The notes under the pieces are model-generated. The model saw nothing but the letters and a program-made list of their open reading frames with translations. It made no database searches and had not been told where the DNA came from. 64,000 nt of DNA, from the sequence record OR352954; one strand, written 5' to 3'. This DNA comes from Escherichia phage AV124. A program made the position numbers and the translations under genes. Below are positions 1-8,966 of this stretch, one piece after another. Position 1 is the stretch's first letter, and every line of letters starts with the position of its first letter.

Positions 1-76
1 TAGACGAGCGAGTGCCGTCGAAATGGGGAGCATCCTGAAAAGGATGGTGATATGGTCCGATCCTACGTGAAAACGT

Positions 77-475
77 ATGGCAACACGTAATGGTGTGGGC
101 GAGATTAACGACCTCGCTAAACTTTTGGATGAATACCAGCTCCAGGTTCCTAAGAAATACCTGAAGAAGTGGGAGTTCGACACCCTGGAAGAGGCAACAG
201 CTTTCGTCAAAGAATGGGAAGCAAAAGGCCGGGTATTTGACGGACATGAATGGAGAAAGGCCGTCAAAGATGACAACGGTGATAAAGTCAAGGATGCGGA
301 AGGCAATACAGTCTACGAAGGTATTTTCGGGGACGATGGTAAAATCCACATCCAGTATTGCCCTGTTGGTGAAATGGTCGTAAGATGTGTAGAGAAGGCC
401 GCTCGTATCATGGGCAGTCCTGTACATATCACAGGGGCATATCTTACGGGCGCCAATTGGGCGCAATGTCATTGA
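77..475 (+). CDS. hypothetical protein (132 aa)
   Basis: Intact ORF in the track; weak RBS; no recognisable motif. Confidence 0.5.
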   Translation: MATRNGVGEINDLAKLLDEYQLQVPKKYLKKWEFDTLEEATAFVKEWEAKGRVFDGHEWRKAVKDDNGDKVKDAEGNTVYEGIFGDDGKIHIQYCPVGEMVVRCVEKAARIMGSPVHITGAYLTGANWAQCH

Positions 476-493
476 TATATAAGGATATTTTAT

Positions 494-1129
494 ATGGAAT
501 TATGGAAAGACATCCCCTCTACGGAGGGGAGATACCAAGTAAGTAATTATGGAAGAATAAAAAGGCAACGGTATTCTCGCATAAACAGCAATCAAGCAGC
601 AAGTTGGGAGCAAGTATATGAAACAAAGATATTAAAGCCTTCAAAGGACACACACGGTTACCTACAAGCTTGTTACCTTGTGGAAGGAGAGAGGACTATA
701 GCCCTGGTCCATAGGCTTGTTGCAGAAGCCTTCCTTGCACCGCCAAGTCAAGAGTTGATAGATGAATGTATGAAGGCTGGTCACAAAGTGGTTCTTGTCA
801 ACCACAAGGATGGAAACCCACTTAACAACCATGTTGACAACCTTGAGTGGTGTACTCCTTCTTACAACAATGAGTATAGTCCCCAAGATTATTCAAATAG
901 GTCTGGGGATAACTGTAAACATGCGGTTCTTAAAGAATCTGATGTTGACAAAATACTGGAACTACGTGGTAAAATGAGTCAGCAGGCCATCGCGGATATG
1001 TTCGATGTGAAACAGATCACTATCAGCAACATTTTCACCGGAAGGTCTTGGTCTTCTTATACCGGAATACCTCGCAAAGAGCGTAACAAAGGAAAACGTG
1101 CAGCTAAGACCAAACTGTTATCACAATAG
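494..1129 (+). CDS. HNH homing endonuclease (NUMOD4-like N-terminal motif)
   Basis: N-terminus WKDIPSTEGRYQVSNYGRIKRQ matches the NUMOD4 pattern of phage HNH homing endonucleases; C-terminal helix-turn-helix-like segment; RBS AAGGA upstream. Confidence 0.75.
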   Translation: MELWKDIPSTEGRYQVSNYGRIKRQRYSRINSNQAASWEQVYETKILKPSKDTHGYLQACYLVEGERTIALVHRLVAEAFLAPPSQELIDECMKAGHKVVLVNHKDGNPLNNHVDNLEWCTPSYNNEYSPQDYSNRSGDNCKHAVLKESDVDKILELRGKMSQQAIADMFDVKQITISNIFTGRSWSSYTGIPRKERNKGKRAAKTKLLSQ

Positions 1130-1137
1130 GAGATACC

Positions 1138-1365
1138 ATGTTTCCGAACAAACCTAAAGAAGCCACCCATTATTTTATGTATCCAGGGCATCCTACTCCG
1201 GGTGGTAATTGGGCATACTATGTCAGCTTTTTCAGGAAAGTTGCAGGTGAGTGGATGGTGTACACTACCGATACCGACAATGAGTACCCAGGCTGGACAT
1301 TAGCTTCTCGACGCTATAAGAATAAAAGCTTAGAGACTATGATTGAATATTTGCAAGAAATTTAA
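1138..1365 (+). CDS. hypothetical protein (75 aa)
   Basis: ORF with RBS GGAGAT 6 nt upstream of ATG. Confidence 0.55.
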   Translation: MFPNKPKEATHYFMYPGHPTPGGNWAYYVSFFRKVAGEWMVYTTDTDNEYPGWTLASRRYKNKSLETMIEYLQEI

Positions 1366-1374
1366 AAAATAGTG

Positions 1375-1403
1375 TTGACACCCGTTTCGAATAGCATTAA
1401 AGT
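1375..1403 (+). promoter_or_regulatory. sigma70-like promoter candidate (TTGACA-N17-TAAAGT)
   Basis: Consensus -35 TTGACA at 1375..1380, 17-nt spacer, -10 TAAAGT at 1398..1403, about 60 nt upstream of the 1462 start. Confidence 0.4.
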
Positions 1404-1461
1404 GTATCACATGAAGACGAGAGATCTCGCTTCAAAACAACCTCACAAACAGGAGAACGAA

Positions 1462-3492
1462 ATGACCGCAAAATATGAAACCGTACCTTATGCTGACTTC
1501 GTAAAAGCTCTGAAAGCTCAGTTCGCTGTCATGCAAGCGCTGGGTGCGCTTTACACGGTCGATGTACCGAAAGATGAACTGTACGACCTGTACCTTGATT
1601 CTTTCCCGGAAGGCACCAACCTGATGTATAAAGAGCGCCGTGAATACGACTGCAACTGCTGCAAGAGCTACATCCGTACTCTGGGCCGCGTAGTTGCTAT
1701 TCACAACGGCAAGCTGGTATCTATTTGGGACGTTAAAGTTGGTGGTTATTACCAAGTAGTTGCCGATGCGATGAAAGCGCGTGTTGAAAGCTCCGAGATC
1801 CGCGATCGCTTCTTCCACTTCGAAGGCCGCGTTGGTACTGAGAGCAACGTAGTTCTCCTGGAAAATGGGAAAACCAAAACCTGGACCCACTTCCATCAGG
1901 CCCTGCCTCGCGAACTGGTTAAACGTGGTGAAGATATCCCTTCTGCCCTGGGTGAGTACCGTGACAACGCAACTGTGCTGGCACGTTCTCTGAAAGATAT
2001 CGATATGGACTCTGCCGAAACGGTAATGGACCTGATCAACCAAGGCTCTCTGTACCGTGGTGATGAGAAAAAGCACATTGTTGCTGCCTTTATTAAGGCG
2101 AAACGTGCATACGACAAAACGCCGGAAGACCAGCGAATGAACTTCTGCTGGAAACAAAGTGAAACGCTGGGTAGACTGGGTCGCTTCCGTAATGATGTCA
2201 TCGGAACACTGATGAGCGATCTGGCAGAAGGTGTTGATCTTGAAGCCGCAGTGAAGTCCTTTGAAGACAAAGTCTCAGGGACCAACTACAAACGTACTAC
2301 TGCTCTGGTAACTCCGGGCATGATCAAGGCAGCACAAGAGAAAGTTGAAGCCCTCGGCTTGACTGAATCTCTGGCACGTCGCTTTGCGGTGACCTCTGAC
2401 CTGACGATCAACAACGTGTTGTTTGCTGACCGTTCTGCAAAGGCCCAAATGAACGTATTCGAGCAACTGGCAGCGTCAACCAAAAACGCGCCTAAGTCAC
2501 TGTCGAAAGTGGAAGAGATCAGCATTGAGGATTTCATCAACAACGTTCTACCGAAAGCGGACACTATCGAAGCGCTGGTTGAAGGTCGTCTGACACCGAA
2601 CCTGATGAGCTTGGTTGCCCCGGCAAACGCAGGTGCTCCTAACCTGTTCAAATGGGATAACGGCTTCTCCTGGTCGTATAATGGCGAAGTAACTGACTCC
2701 ATCAAGGAGCGTGTGAAAGCCGCTGGCGGCAGCGTGACTGGTGACCTGCGTGTTTCGTTGTCTTGGTACAACAGTGATGACCTCGACCTGCACGTATTCG
2801 AGCCTGGTGGCGGTCAAATTTACTTCGGTAACAAACGTGGTCGCTCAACGGGTACGCTGGATGTGGATATGAATGCCTATGGCAAGTCAGACGCACACCA
2901 TCCGGTTGAGAACGTTACGTGGGAAAATGAGCGTAATATCACGGAAGGTGTTTACAAGGTTGTTGTTAACAACTATAATAAGCGCATGACTGATCGCGTT
3001 GGCTTCGAAGTCCAGATGGAATACAAAGGCCAAGTGTTCAACTTCGCATACCCGCAAGCTTTGGGTAATAGCAAGAGCCAGACCGTTGTAACATTTAAGT
3101 ATTCTCGTGCGAAAGGTGTTGAAATTGTAGACAGCATCGGGCATACTAAGCAATCTAAAGAAGTGTGGGGCGTCTCTACCGAGACCTTCCAGAAAGTTTC
3201 TCTGGTGCTAAATTCTCCTAACTTCTGGGATGGTCAGACCAAAGGTAACAAACACTACTTCTTTATGCTGGAAGGTTGCATTAACCCTGACGATACTCGT
3301 GGCTTCTACAATGAGTATCTGCGTGACGAGCTGCATGAGCATCGTAAAGTGTTCGAAGTGTTGGGTTCCAAGCTCAAAGCTGAACACTCCGCTGATCAAC
3401 TGAGCGGCCTGGGCTTCTCGTCTACCCAGCGTAATGAGTTGGTTGTGAAGGTGACTGGTTCTTTCAACCGCACCCTGAAGATTAAGTTCTAA
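1462..3492 (+). CDS. large hypothetical early protein (676 aa)
   Basis: Long ORF; start taken at internal ATG 1462 (MTAKYET) with RBS AGGAGAA; no motif recognised; hairpin immediately downstream. Confidence 0.7.
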   Translation: MTAKYETVPYADFVKALKAQFAVMQALGALYTVDVPKDELYDLYLDSFPEGTNLMYKERREYDCNCCKSYIRTLGRVVAIHNGKLVSIWDVKVGGYYQVVADAMKARVESSEIRDRFFHFEGRVGTESNVVLLENGKTKTWTHFHQALPRELVKRGEDIPSALGEYRDNATVLARSLKDIDMDSAETVMDLINQGSLYRGDEKKHIVAAFIKAKRAYDKTPEDQRMNFCWKQSETLGRLGRFRNDVIGTLMSDLAEGVDLEAAVKSFEDKVSGTNYKRTTALVTPGMIKAAQEKVEALGLTESLARRFAVTSDLTINNVLFADRSAKAQMNVFEQLAASTKNAPKSLSKVEEISIEDFINNVLPKADTIEALVEGRLTPNLMSLVAPANAGAPNLFKWDNGFSWSYNGEVTDSIKERVKAAGGSVTGDLRVSLSWYNSDDLDLHVFEPGGGQIYFGNKRGRSTGTLDVDMNAYGKSDAHHPVENVTWENERNITEGVYKVVVNNYNKRMTDRVGFEVQMEYKGQVFNFAYPQALGNSKSQTVVTFKYSRAKGVEIVDSIGHTKQSKEVWGVSTETFQKVSLVLNSPNFWDGQTKGNKHYFFMLEGCINPDDTRGFYNEYLRDELHEHRKVFEVLGSKLKAEHSADQLSGLGFSSTQRNELVVKVTGSFNRTLKIKF

Positions 3493-3542
3493 TTAAACAG
3501 CCCCTTCGGGGGCTAATATTGAAATCATAGAGGAGATAAAAG

Positions 3543-3938
3543 ATGACCACTACTAACCTGTTCGAAGTTGCCACCCGTAAAAAACTGCGTTTTGCAAGTC
3601 CGAAAGGTCTACTGACCACAGAAGATCTGTGGGATCTGCCGATGACTGGTAATACCAGCCTAGATACGGTTTCCAAACTGGCTAACCGTGATGTGAAAGC
3701 ATCTGCTGAAGAAAGTTTCGTTGTCGAGGCCAGTGCTGTAAATGGCGAAGCAAACCTGAAGCTGGATATCCTGAAGTACATCATCTCGGTGCGTAAAGCG
3801 GAGATCGCGGATCGCCAGGCAGCGAAAGAGAAGGTTGAGCGTAAGCGTAAACTTCTGGACCTGCTGGCAGAGAAGGATAACGAGAAAGATGCAGCGATGA
3901 CTCGTGAAGAAATCCTGAAAGAGCTGGAATCTCTGTAA
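3543..3938 (+). CDS. hypothetical protein (131 aa)
   Basis: ORF with RBS GAGGAGA upstream. Confidence 0.6.
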   Translation: MTTTNLFEVATRKKLRFASPKGLLTTEDLWDLPMTGNTSLDTVSKLANRDVKASAEESFVVEASAVNGEANLKLDILKYIISVRKAEIADRQAAKEKVERKRKLLDLLAEKDNEKDAAMTREEILKELESL

Positions 3939-3948
3939 TCTGCCCGCC

Positions 3949-3970
3949 AAGGCCCTTCGGGGCCTTTTTG
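3949..3970 (+). terminator. rho-independent terminator candidate
   Basis: GC hairpin AAGGCCC-TTCG-GGGCCTT followed by TTTTTG. Confidence 0.55.
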
Positions 3971-3983
3971 CATTGGAGAAAAA

Positions 3984-4343
3984 ATGAAAGTAACTGGCAA
4001 ACAAACTGTTGTACAGAACGTGGAAGTAGATATCTCTGATGAAGAGATCATGAATATTGTCAAGGCACAAACACCAGACTACCTCGCAGATGTCCTCACC
4101 AAAGAACTGCTGAGGAACTTCATCTATAGCTTGCCAGCAGATTTTACTGGTGAGCGGGCCGTGTGGGAAACACGTAAAAGAGGATATGAACCGTTTCTTG
4201 TACTTGTCCATGTAGACGCTTGGTGGGACTACCACAACAATGTTGGTGTGGATGAAGAAGTCAGACCGCTCACCGAAGAAGAAACGGCAAAATATAATAT
4301 GATTTGCGGTTTGCGGGACTACATTAAGCATCTGCAAAAATAA
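3984..4343 (+). CDS. hypothetical protein (119 aa)
   Basis: ORF with RBS GGAGAA upstream. Confidence 0.6.
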   Translation: MKVTGKQTVVQNVEVDISDEEIMNIVKAQTPDYLADVLTKELLRNFIYSLPADFTGERAVWETRKRGYEPFLVLVHVDAWWDYHNNVGVDEEVRPLTEEETAKYNMICGLRDYIKHLQK

Positions 4344-4349
4344 TTCAAA

Positions 4350-4384
4350 AGCCTCTTGACTTCATGGTTGAGGGGCTTTATTGT
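4350..4384 (+). terminator. terminator-like hairpin with T-rich tail
   Basis: Imperfect stem GCCTCTTGAC/GTTGAGGGGC followed by TTTATTGTT. Confidence 0.4.
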
Positions 4385-4412
4385 TATGGAAGCTAAATAA
4401 CCTGGGGGGTGT

Positions 4413-4580
4413 ATGTTAGAGGCAATCAATTATTTCTTTTTAGTTCTGGCAGCAGTGGCCTGTGTTTCTTGTGCCTTCGGTGCTGTCTTTTCAAAAGATG
4501 AAACACACCGTACGGTGTACGTGCTTTGTGCAGTCATCAACGCCGCTTTTACGGTGCATCTCTGGAGTATCGCCCTATGA
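4413..4580 (+). CDS. small hydrophobic protein (55 aa)
   Basis: Short ORF below the track cutoff, translated by eye (MLEAINYFFLVLAAVACVSCAFGAVF...); predicted TM helix; stop overlaps next start. Confidence 0.4.
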   Translation: MLEAINYFFLVLAAVACVSCAFGAVFSKDETHRTVYVLCAVINAAFTVHLWSIAL

Positions 4581-4771
4581 AGCTTTCACATTTTATTTAT
4601 GCTGTGTTAGGCCTTATGGCCCTGACCATGCTGACAACGTTGGGGCTTTCATTTACAGCAGGTCATGAGCAACAAACAAAAGAAATTTTGGGCGCAGGTT
4701 TCGGTATGTTCATGCTTGAATTCTTCCTGCTTCTTTTGGGAGGCGTGATTGTGGATACTTCCGGCTGGTAA
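4577..4771 (+). CDS. small membrane protein (64 aa)
   Basis: Start at internal ATG (MKLSHFIYAVLGLMALTMLTTLG...) overlapping the upstream stop; two hydrophobic segments. Confidence 0.5.
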   Translation: MKLSHFIYAVLGLMALTMLTTLGLSFTAGHEQQTKEILGAGFGMFMLEFFLLLLGGVIVDTSGW

Positions 4772-4781
4772 GGAGAAATAA

Positions 4782-4988
4782 ATGCGTGGATTTATGCCTT
4801 TGGTGAAACCTTTAGTAATCGTTGGAATAATTGTGGTAGTGGCGCTTTTTATTGTTGACACAGCAGATACCGTCACTCATAATTGTAAGCCTAACGGTGA
4901 GCAACGCCTTGCAAACAGTGCGGATGGCATTGTCGTTGAGAACAAACTGATCTGCGACGGTGGTCGCGTGAAGTGGTCTCGCTACTAA
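4782..4988 (+). CDS. small membrane protein (68 aa)
   Basis: RBS AAGGAGA; N-terminal hydrophobic helix. Confidence 0.55.
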   Translation: MRGFMPLVKPLVIVGIIVVVALFIVDTADTVTHNCKPNGEQRLANSADGIVVENKLICDGGRVKWSRY

Positions 4989-5023
4989 ATCCTGACTAAA
5001 TAATCTCAAGAGGAGAAAAACAA

Positions 5024-6112
5024 ATGACGATTACTCGCGGCCTTATCTTCGGGAAGTTTGCACCCCTGACCAACGGGCATATTGAATTCATTCGCCAGGC
5101 GGCTTCGCAGGTTAGTGCTCTGTACCTGTTCCTGTCATATGATCAGAAATTCGTTGATGCACAACCAGAATGGATTCGTCCAAAGCTGGGGCTTGCTGAT
5201 CGTTATCGTGACCTGCTGGATGTTATTGCCGATGAGGGACTTGACAACGTGAAGGTAGACTACGTTGATGAGTCGAATATCCCAGGATACCCTGAAGGCA
5301 GTGCTGCCTATGCAAAACTGATCCGTGAAAAGCAACCGTTCGTTAAGTACGATTTTGCTTTCTCTTCTGAGCCGGAGTATGAGTCTTACTTCAGTGAGTT
5401 CTTCCCTGAAGCGAAGCATGTAGTTATCGACGCAGAACGTAAAGCTGTTCCTATCTCAGCCACGATGATCCGTAATGATCCGTACAACAACTTCTACAAC
5501 CTAGCGTGGCCTGCACGTAAGCGCTTCATGAAGAAGGTTGCCATCATTGGTGTTGAGAGTACGGGCAAGACAACCCTGACAAAACATCTGGCGCATACCT
5601 TCGGTGCTGGTTGGATTCCTGAGATCGGACGGCTTATCTGTGAGCGTGAATATCACTCCAGTGAGTTCGCAATGTCTCGTGAAGACTACCTGCGTATCGC
5701 TATGGAGCACCGCCTGAAGGAGATGGAGTTGGCTGGTTGGGGTGATCGTGGGGTTATGTTCTCTGACACCACAAACCTGATCACACACTTCTCTGGTGTT
5801 TGTGCTGATAAGATCGACTACGCAGACCTGTTGTTCCGGACACTAAGCCGTGAAGAGAGCTACAACTTCTATGACCTGTTCCTGCTCCTCACACCAGAGG
5901 TTCCGTGGGTTGCTGATCCTCTTCGCTTGCAGGATACACCAGAGAAACGTAAAGAAACCCATTCTTTGCTTGACACAATGATCAGAGCATCTTACGATAC
6001 AAGCAAGGTGGTGGTTATCTCCGGCAGTGATTACGAAGAGCGTACTCAGAGAGCTGAAGAAGCTGTCCGTAAATTGCTGAATATCAAAGGAGAACAAGAT
6101 GGATCAAACTAA
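5024..6112 (+). CDS. bifunctional NMN adenylyltransferase / ribosylnicotinamide kinase (NadR-like, no DNA-binding domain)
   Basis: N-terminal nucleotidyltransferase motif GKFAPLTNGH (HxGH type); second half has P-loop IGVESTGKTT as in the NadR kinase domain; RBS AGAGGAG. Confidence 0.8.
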   Translation: MTITRGLIFGKFAPLTNGHIEFIRQAASQVSALYLFLSYDQKFVDAQPEWIRPKLGLADRYRDLLDVIADEGLDNVKVDYVDESNIPGYPEGSAAYAKLIREKQPFVKYDFAFSSEPEYESYFSEFFPEAKHVVIDAERKAVPISATMIRNDPYNNFYNLAWPARKRFMKKVAIIGVESTGKTTLTKHLAHTFGAGWIPEIGRLICEREYHSSEFAMSREDYLRIAMEHRLKEMELAGWGDRGVMFSDTTNLITHFSGVCADKIDYADLLFRTLSREESYNFYDLFLLLTPEVPWVADPLRLQDTPEKRKETHSLLDTMIRASYDTSKVVVISGSDYEERTQRAEEAVRKLLNIKGEQDGSN

Positions 6113-6524
6113 TCTGGCAATTCTTCAGTTCTTGAAAGAGGATTTGGAGAGAACCGAGGCATGGACTTTCCACTATGTTATTGAGGAGGCCTTAGACCTC
6201 AGTCCGATGGTGGTGGACATCTCCCTCACGCAACTGGAGCAGGGTAAGATGATCACTCGCTGCCTGTGTGGTTGCAATGGCATTATGATTGCCCCTGGTG
6301 GGTATGAGGTGCTTCCAAAGCCTGAAAAGAAAGAGCAGATTCTGGTCTGGAAAACAGCACAAGGAGATGTTGTCAGGTTGACTCATATGGCAGATGATCA
6401 TCTCCGTAACGCGATGGTATGGCTTCTGGAGCAGCCCTATTTGAGCGAAGAATACGAAGGTGTTGGTATAACGACATGGCTCAAGGAGATGTCAATTGAA
6501 CTGCACAGGAGATTTTCACTATAA
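6099..6524 (+). CDS. hypothetical protein (141 aa)
   Basis: ORF overlapping the upstream stop. Confidence 0.55.
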   Translation: MDQTNLAILQFLKEDLERTEAWTFHYVIEEALDLSPMVVDISLTQLEQGKMITRCLCGCNGIMIAPGGYEVLPKPEKKEQILVWKTAQGDVVRLTHMADDHLRNAMVWLLEQPYLSEEYEGVGITTWLKEMSIELHRRFSL

Positions 6525-6718
6525 TGGCGATCAAAGTAATCTCCGAAGGTACTCCGTTTACGGCAACGTGTAAGAGTTGCAGGTCTGTGGTTGAATACAA
6601 TTACACGGATACCTATGTATATTCCTACACTGTTGCTCGTGGAATGCGGGTAGGTCATGGTGCGTACCGCTGCATCACCTGTCCTGTGTGCTCATCAAGG
6701 ATCAGGCATAATGGCTAA
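6524..6718 (+). CDS. small Cys-rich protein, zinc-ribbon-like (64 aa)
   Basis: CxxC ... CxxC arrangement (CKSC ... CPVC). Confidence 0.5.
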   Translation: MAIKVISEGTPFTATCKSCRSVVEYNYTDTYVYSYTVARGMRVGHGAYRCITCPVCSSRIRHNG

Positions 6719-7064
6719 GGTGCTCAACTTCTACCACATTGGTAAAGTGATCCCTGAAAATGCCGAATACATGGGGCGAGCAATGCCCCATCTAGGCCTG
6801 AAGCAATCTAAATTCGCTAACCCATATAAGTTGTCGAAGGATGAGCCTCGTGGAGCCACCATTGAGCGCTATCGCGTGTGGTTGTGGCAACAGATCCGTT
6901 CTGGGAAAATTACTATTCAAGATCTTCTTGACTTGGATGGTAAAGACCTTGTATGCTTCTGTAAACAGCCGAACAAAGAGGTGGCATGTCATTGTGATGT
7001 GATACTTGCGGCAATCGAATGGGCAAAACAGAGGAAGACAAATGGCAATTCATGCAAAAAGTAA
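6711..7064 (+). CDS. hypothetical protein (117 aa)
   Basis: Start at ATG 6711 (MAKVLNF) overlapping the upstream stop; conserved Cys/His cluster. Confidence 0.5.
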   Translation: MAKVLNFYHIGKVIPENAEYMGRAMPHLGLKQSKFANPYKLSKDEPRGATIERYRVWLWQQIRSGKITIQDLLDLDGKDLVCFCKQPNKEVACHCDVILAAIEWAKQRKTNGNSCKK

Positions 7065-7278
7065 TGGTCTGCTGATCGGCGGTAAGATCATCGAGGAGAC
7101 ACTGACAGGCTGGGTTTTCCAGGCAATGGATAACAAAGGTACTAATTTTGTGTTCAAGTCAGATGAGAAGAACCAAGTTTTTGACGGACCGAATGCTGTT
7201 GACGAAGCAATGGCTTGGCAAACTAAAGTCCGGGCAGAAATGAAAAATAAAAAGAGAAAGGGGCGCAAAAATGGCTAA
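7042..7278 (+). CDS. hypothetical protein (78 aa)
   Basis: ATG 7042 preceded by AGAGGAAGA. Confidence 0.5.
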   Translation: MAIHAKSNGLLIGGKIIEETLTGWVFQAMDNKGTNFVFKSDEKNQVFDGPNAVDEAMAWQTKVRAEMKNKKRKGRKNG

Positions 7279-7531
7279 AGATACATGGGAAGTATTTCAG
7301 GATGACGACGAAATAAAGGTCATTGTCTCAGGCTCTCTTGAGGTAGGTGCCGGGTGGCGATCTTACAGCGACGTGTGTTCAGAGATTAATAACCTTGATG
7401 ATGCAAAACTCATTGCCGCAGCACCTGAATTGCTTGACGCGGTTCTGGATCTGAAGTATAAGTTATACGGTAACGGCGCAGCAAGTCCTAAAATCGAGGC
7501 ACTGTTGAAACGCTTGGAGAGAATTACATGA
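7271..7531 (+). CDS. hypothetical protein (86 aa)
   Basis: ORF in track, overlapping neighbours. Confidence 0.5.
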   Translation: MAKDTWEVFQDDDEIKVIVSGSLEVGAGWRSYSDVCSEINNLDDAKLIAAAPELLDAVLDLKYKLYGNGAASPKIEALLKRLERIT

Positions 7532-7758
7532 ACAAATACTACTTCGCCTTCGGAATGAACCAAGAAACGAAGGATGGTATGTCTCTCGGTAATTACTACG
7601 TCTGCATCGAAGCCAAACACCATTACGATGCCAGATTTGAGATGTTCGATGCTCGTGGCAGTTCTTGGTCTTTTTGCTACACAGAAGAAGAATTTGCTGG
7701 ACAACCAGAAAAATATGGATTAAAGTCTATTTCGTTAGACGAAGTTCGTATCCGATAA
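7528..7758 (+). CDS. hypothetical protein (76 aa)
   Basis: ORF in track. Confidence 0.5.
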   Translation: MNKYYFAFGMNQETKDGMSLGNYYVCIEAKHHYDARFEMFDARGSSWSFCYTEEEFAGQPEKYGLKSISLDEVRIR

Positions 7759-7778
7759 ACAATAGGAGAAAAGATTAC

Positions 7779-8480
7779 ATGATGAATCTATACGTAAAAA
7801 CAACCTGGACAGACTTCTATGGTTGGACAAAACTCGAATACCTTTGGCTTCTAATCTGTTCTGCATCCATTGCAACGGTCTCTATCGTTACAGGTGGTAC
7901 GGTGGTGGAGTTTATTTCCTCCGTCACAGGCATCGTCGGTGCGATTCTGGTTGCGAAAGGTAAACTTTCCAGCTACTATTGGGGCTTCATTGCCACGGTT
8001 CTGTATGCATATATCTCTTTCACGTACAAGTTGTACGGTGAGACGATTATGTACACCCTGTTGTTCACCCCCATGCAGGTCATTGGCGGGGTGATCTGGG
8101 CGCGTAAGTTAACCGTCTCTGCGGATGGTGAGCGTGCGGATGTCATAAAGAAATATCTGACCACAAAACAGCGCTGGATTGTTGGTATCGGGACATTGGT
8201 GACGATCGGATTATACGCCGAGTTCGTTAGCCTATTGAAAGGAAGTATGCCGGGTCTAGATTCTGCGACAGCAATCCTGTCAGTTCTAGCAACCTACCTG
8301 ATGATGGTTCGTTATGCAGAACAATGGCTGATTTGGCTACTGGTGAACACTGTTGCAATTGTTATGTGGGTACAAGCTACGATTCATCATCAAGGAGCTG
8401 GTTCTGCAATTTTGGCTATGTGGGTCACATTCTGGCTCAACTCTCTTTATGGTTGGTATAAGTGGAGAAAGAATGGCTAG
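7779..8480 (+). CDS. pnuC: PnuC-like nicotinamide riboside transporter
   Basis: Polytopic membrane protein (233 aa) with RYAEQWLIWLLVNTVAIV and C-terminal LYGWYKW, resembling conserved PnuC motifs; RBS AGGAGAA. Confidence 0.7.
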   Translation: MMNLYVKTTWTDFYGWTKLEYLWLLICSASIATVSIVTGGTVVEFISSVTGIVGAILVAKGKLSSYYWGFIATVLYAYISFTYKLYGETIMYTLLFTPMQVIGGVIWARKLTVSADGERADVIKKYLTTKQRWIVGIGTLVTIGLYAEFVSLLKGSMPGLDSATAILSVLATYLMMVRYAEQWLIWLLVNTVAIVMWVQATIHHQGAGSAILAMWVTFWLNSLYGWYKWRKNG

Positions 8481-8594
8481 AAAACTAGTGTACGGGGTGG
8501 GCGAGTGATTCAACGCTTTACGGAAGTTCTAGACGGTATACTGGAAGACATTTCAAATTTACGTGAAACAACCAATTTTGGAGGGGGGTAATAT

Positions 8595-8966
8595 ATGATT
8601 GGATTTTGGGAATGGTTGACCATGCACAACAACTGGGTTCCTGGCGTTATCATGTATGCAATGATGTTGCTATGGGCTTTGGTCATCGCTTTCCGTAGTA
8701 CGTGGAAAGGGTATGTTGTTGCAATCGTCTTGATGGCTGGTGTTGGTGGTACACTGTTTAACTTCCTCAGCACATACCTTGACGGTTATGGAATGTATCA
8801 GCGCCATTATACTACTTGCGCAAAGCCAGAGGCTGTGGTATCATTCTATGTGTTTGATGCAAAGAAAGAGCGCTGTTATAAACCTGTTGTTGGATTTGCA
8901 CCTGTTGATGATAATCAGGTAAAGACTCTGACACCGAAACAAATGGAGACTGGAGAATGGCTTTAA
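8595..8966 (+). CDS. membrane protein (123 aa)
   Basis: RBS GGAGGGGGG; two N-terminal hydrophobic helices. Confidence 0.55.
   Translation: MIGFWEWLTMHNNWVPGVIMYAMMLLWALVIAFRSTWKGYVVAIVLMAGVGGTLFNFLSTYLDGYGMYQRHYTTCAKPEAVVSFYVFDAKKERCYKPVVGFAPVDDNQVKTLTPKQMETGEWL

Noticed and set aside
1432-2157. Antisense ORFs nested in long genes (e.g. 1432..2157, 32599..33042, 37025..37519, 42467..43315, 59263..60234, 63080..63493)
   Set aside because: Each lies entirely inside a longer ORF on the other strand that has better start context and coherent protein features. The 32599..33042 frame is Pro-rich only because it mirrors the Gly-rich tape measure.
1462-3492. Assignment of the 676-aa early protein as an rIIA-like protein
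   Set aside because: I could not find the GHKL-ATPase motifs expected in rIIA, so the call stays hypothetical.
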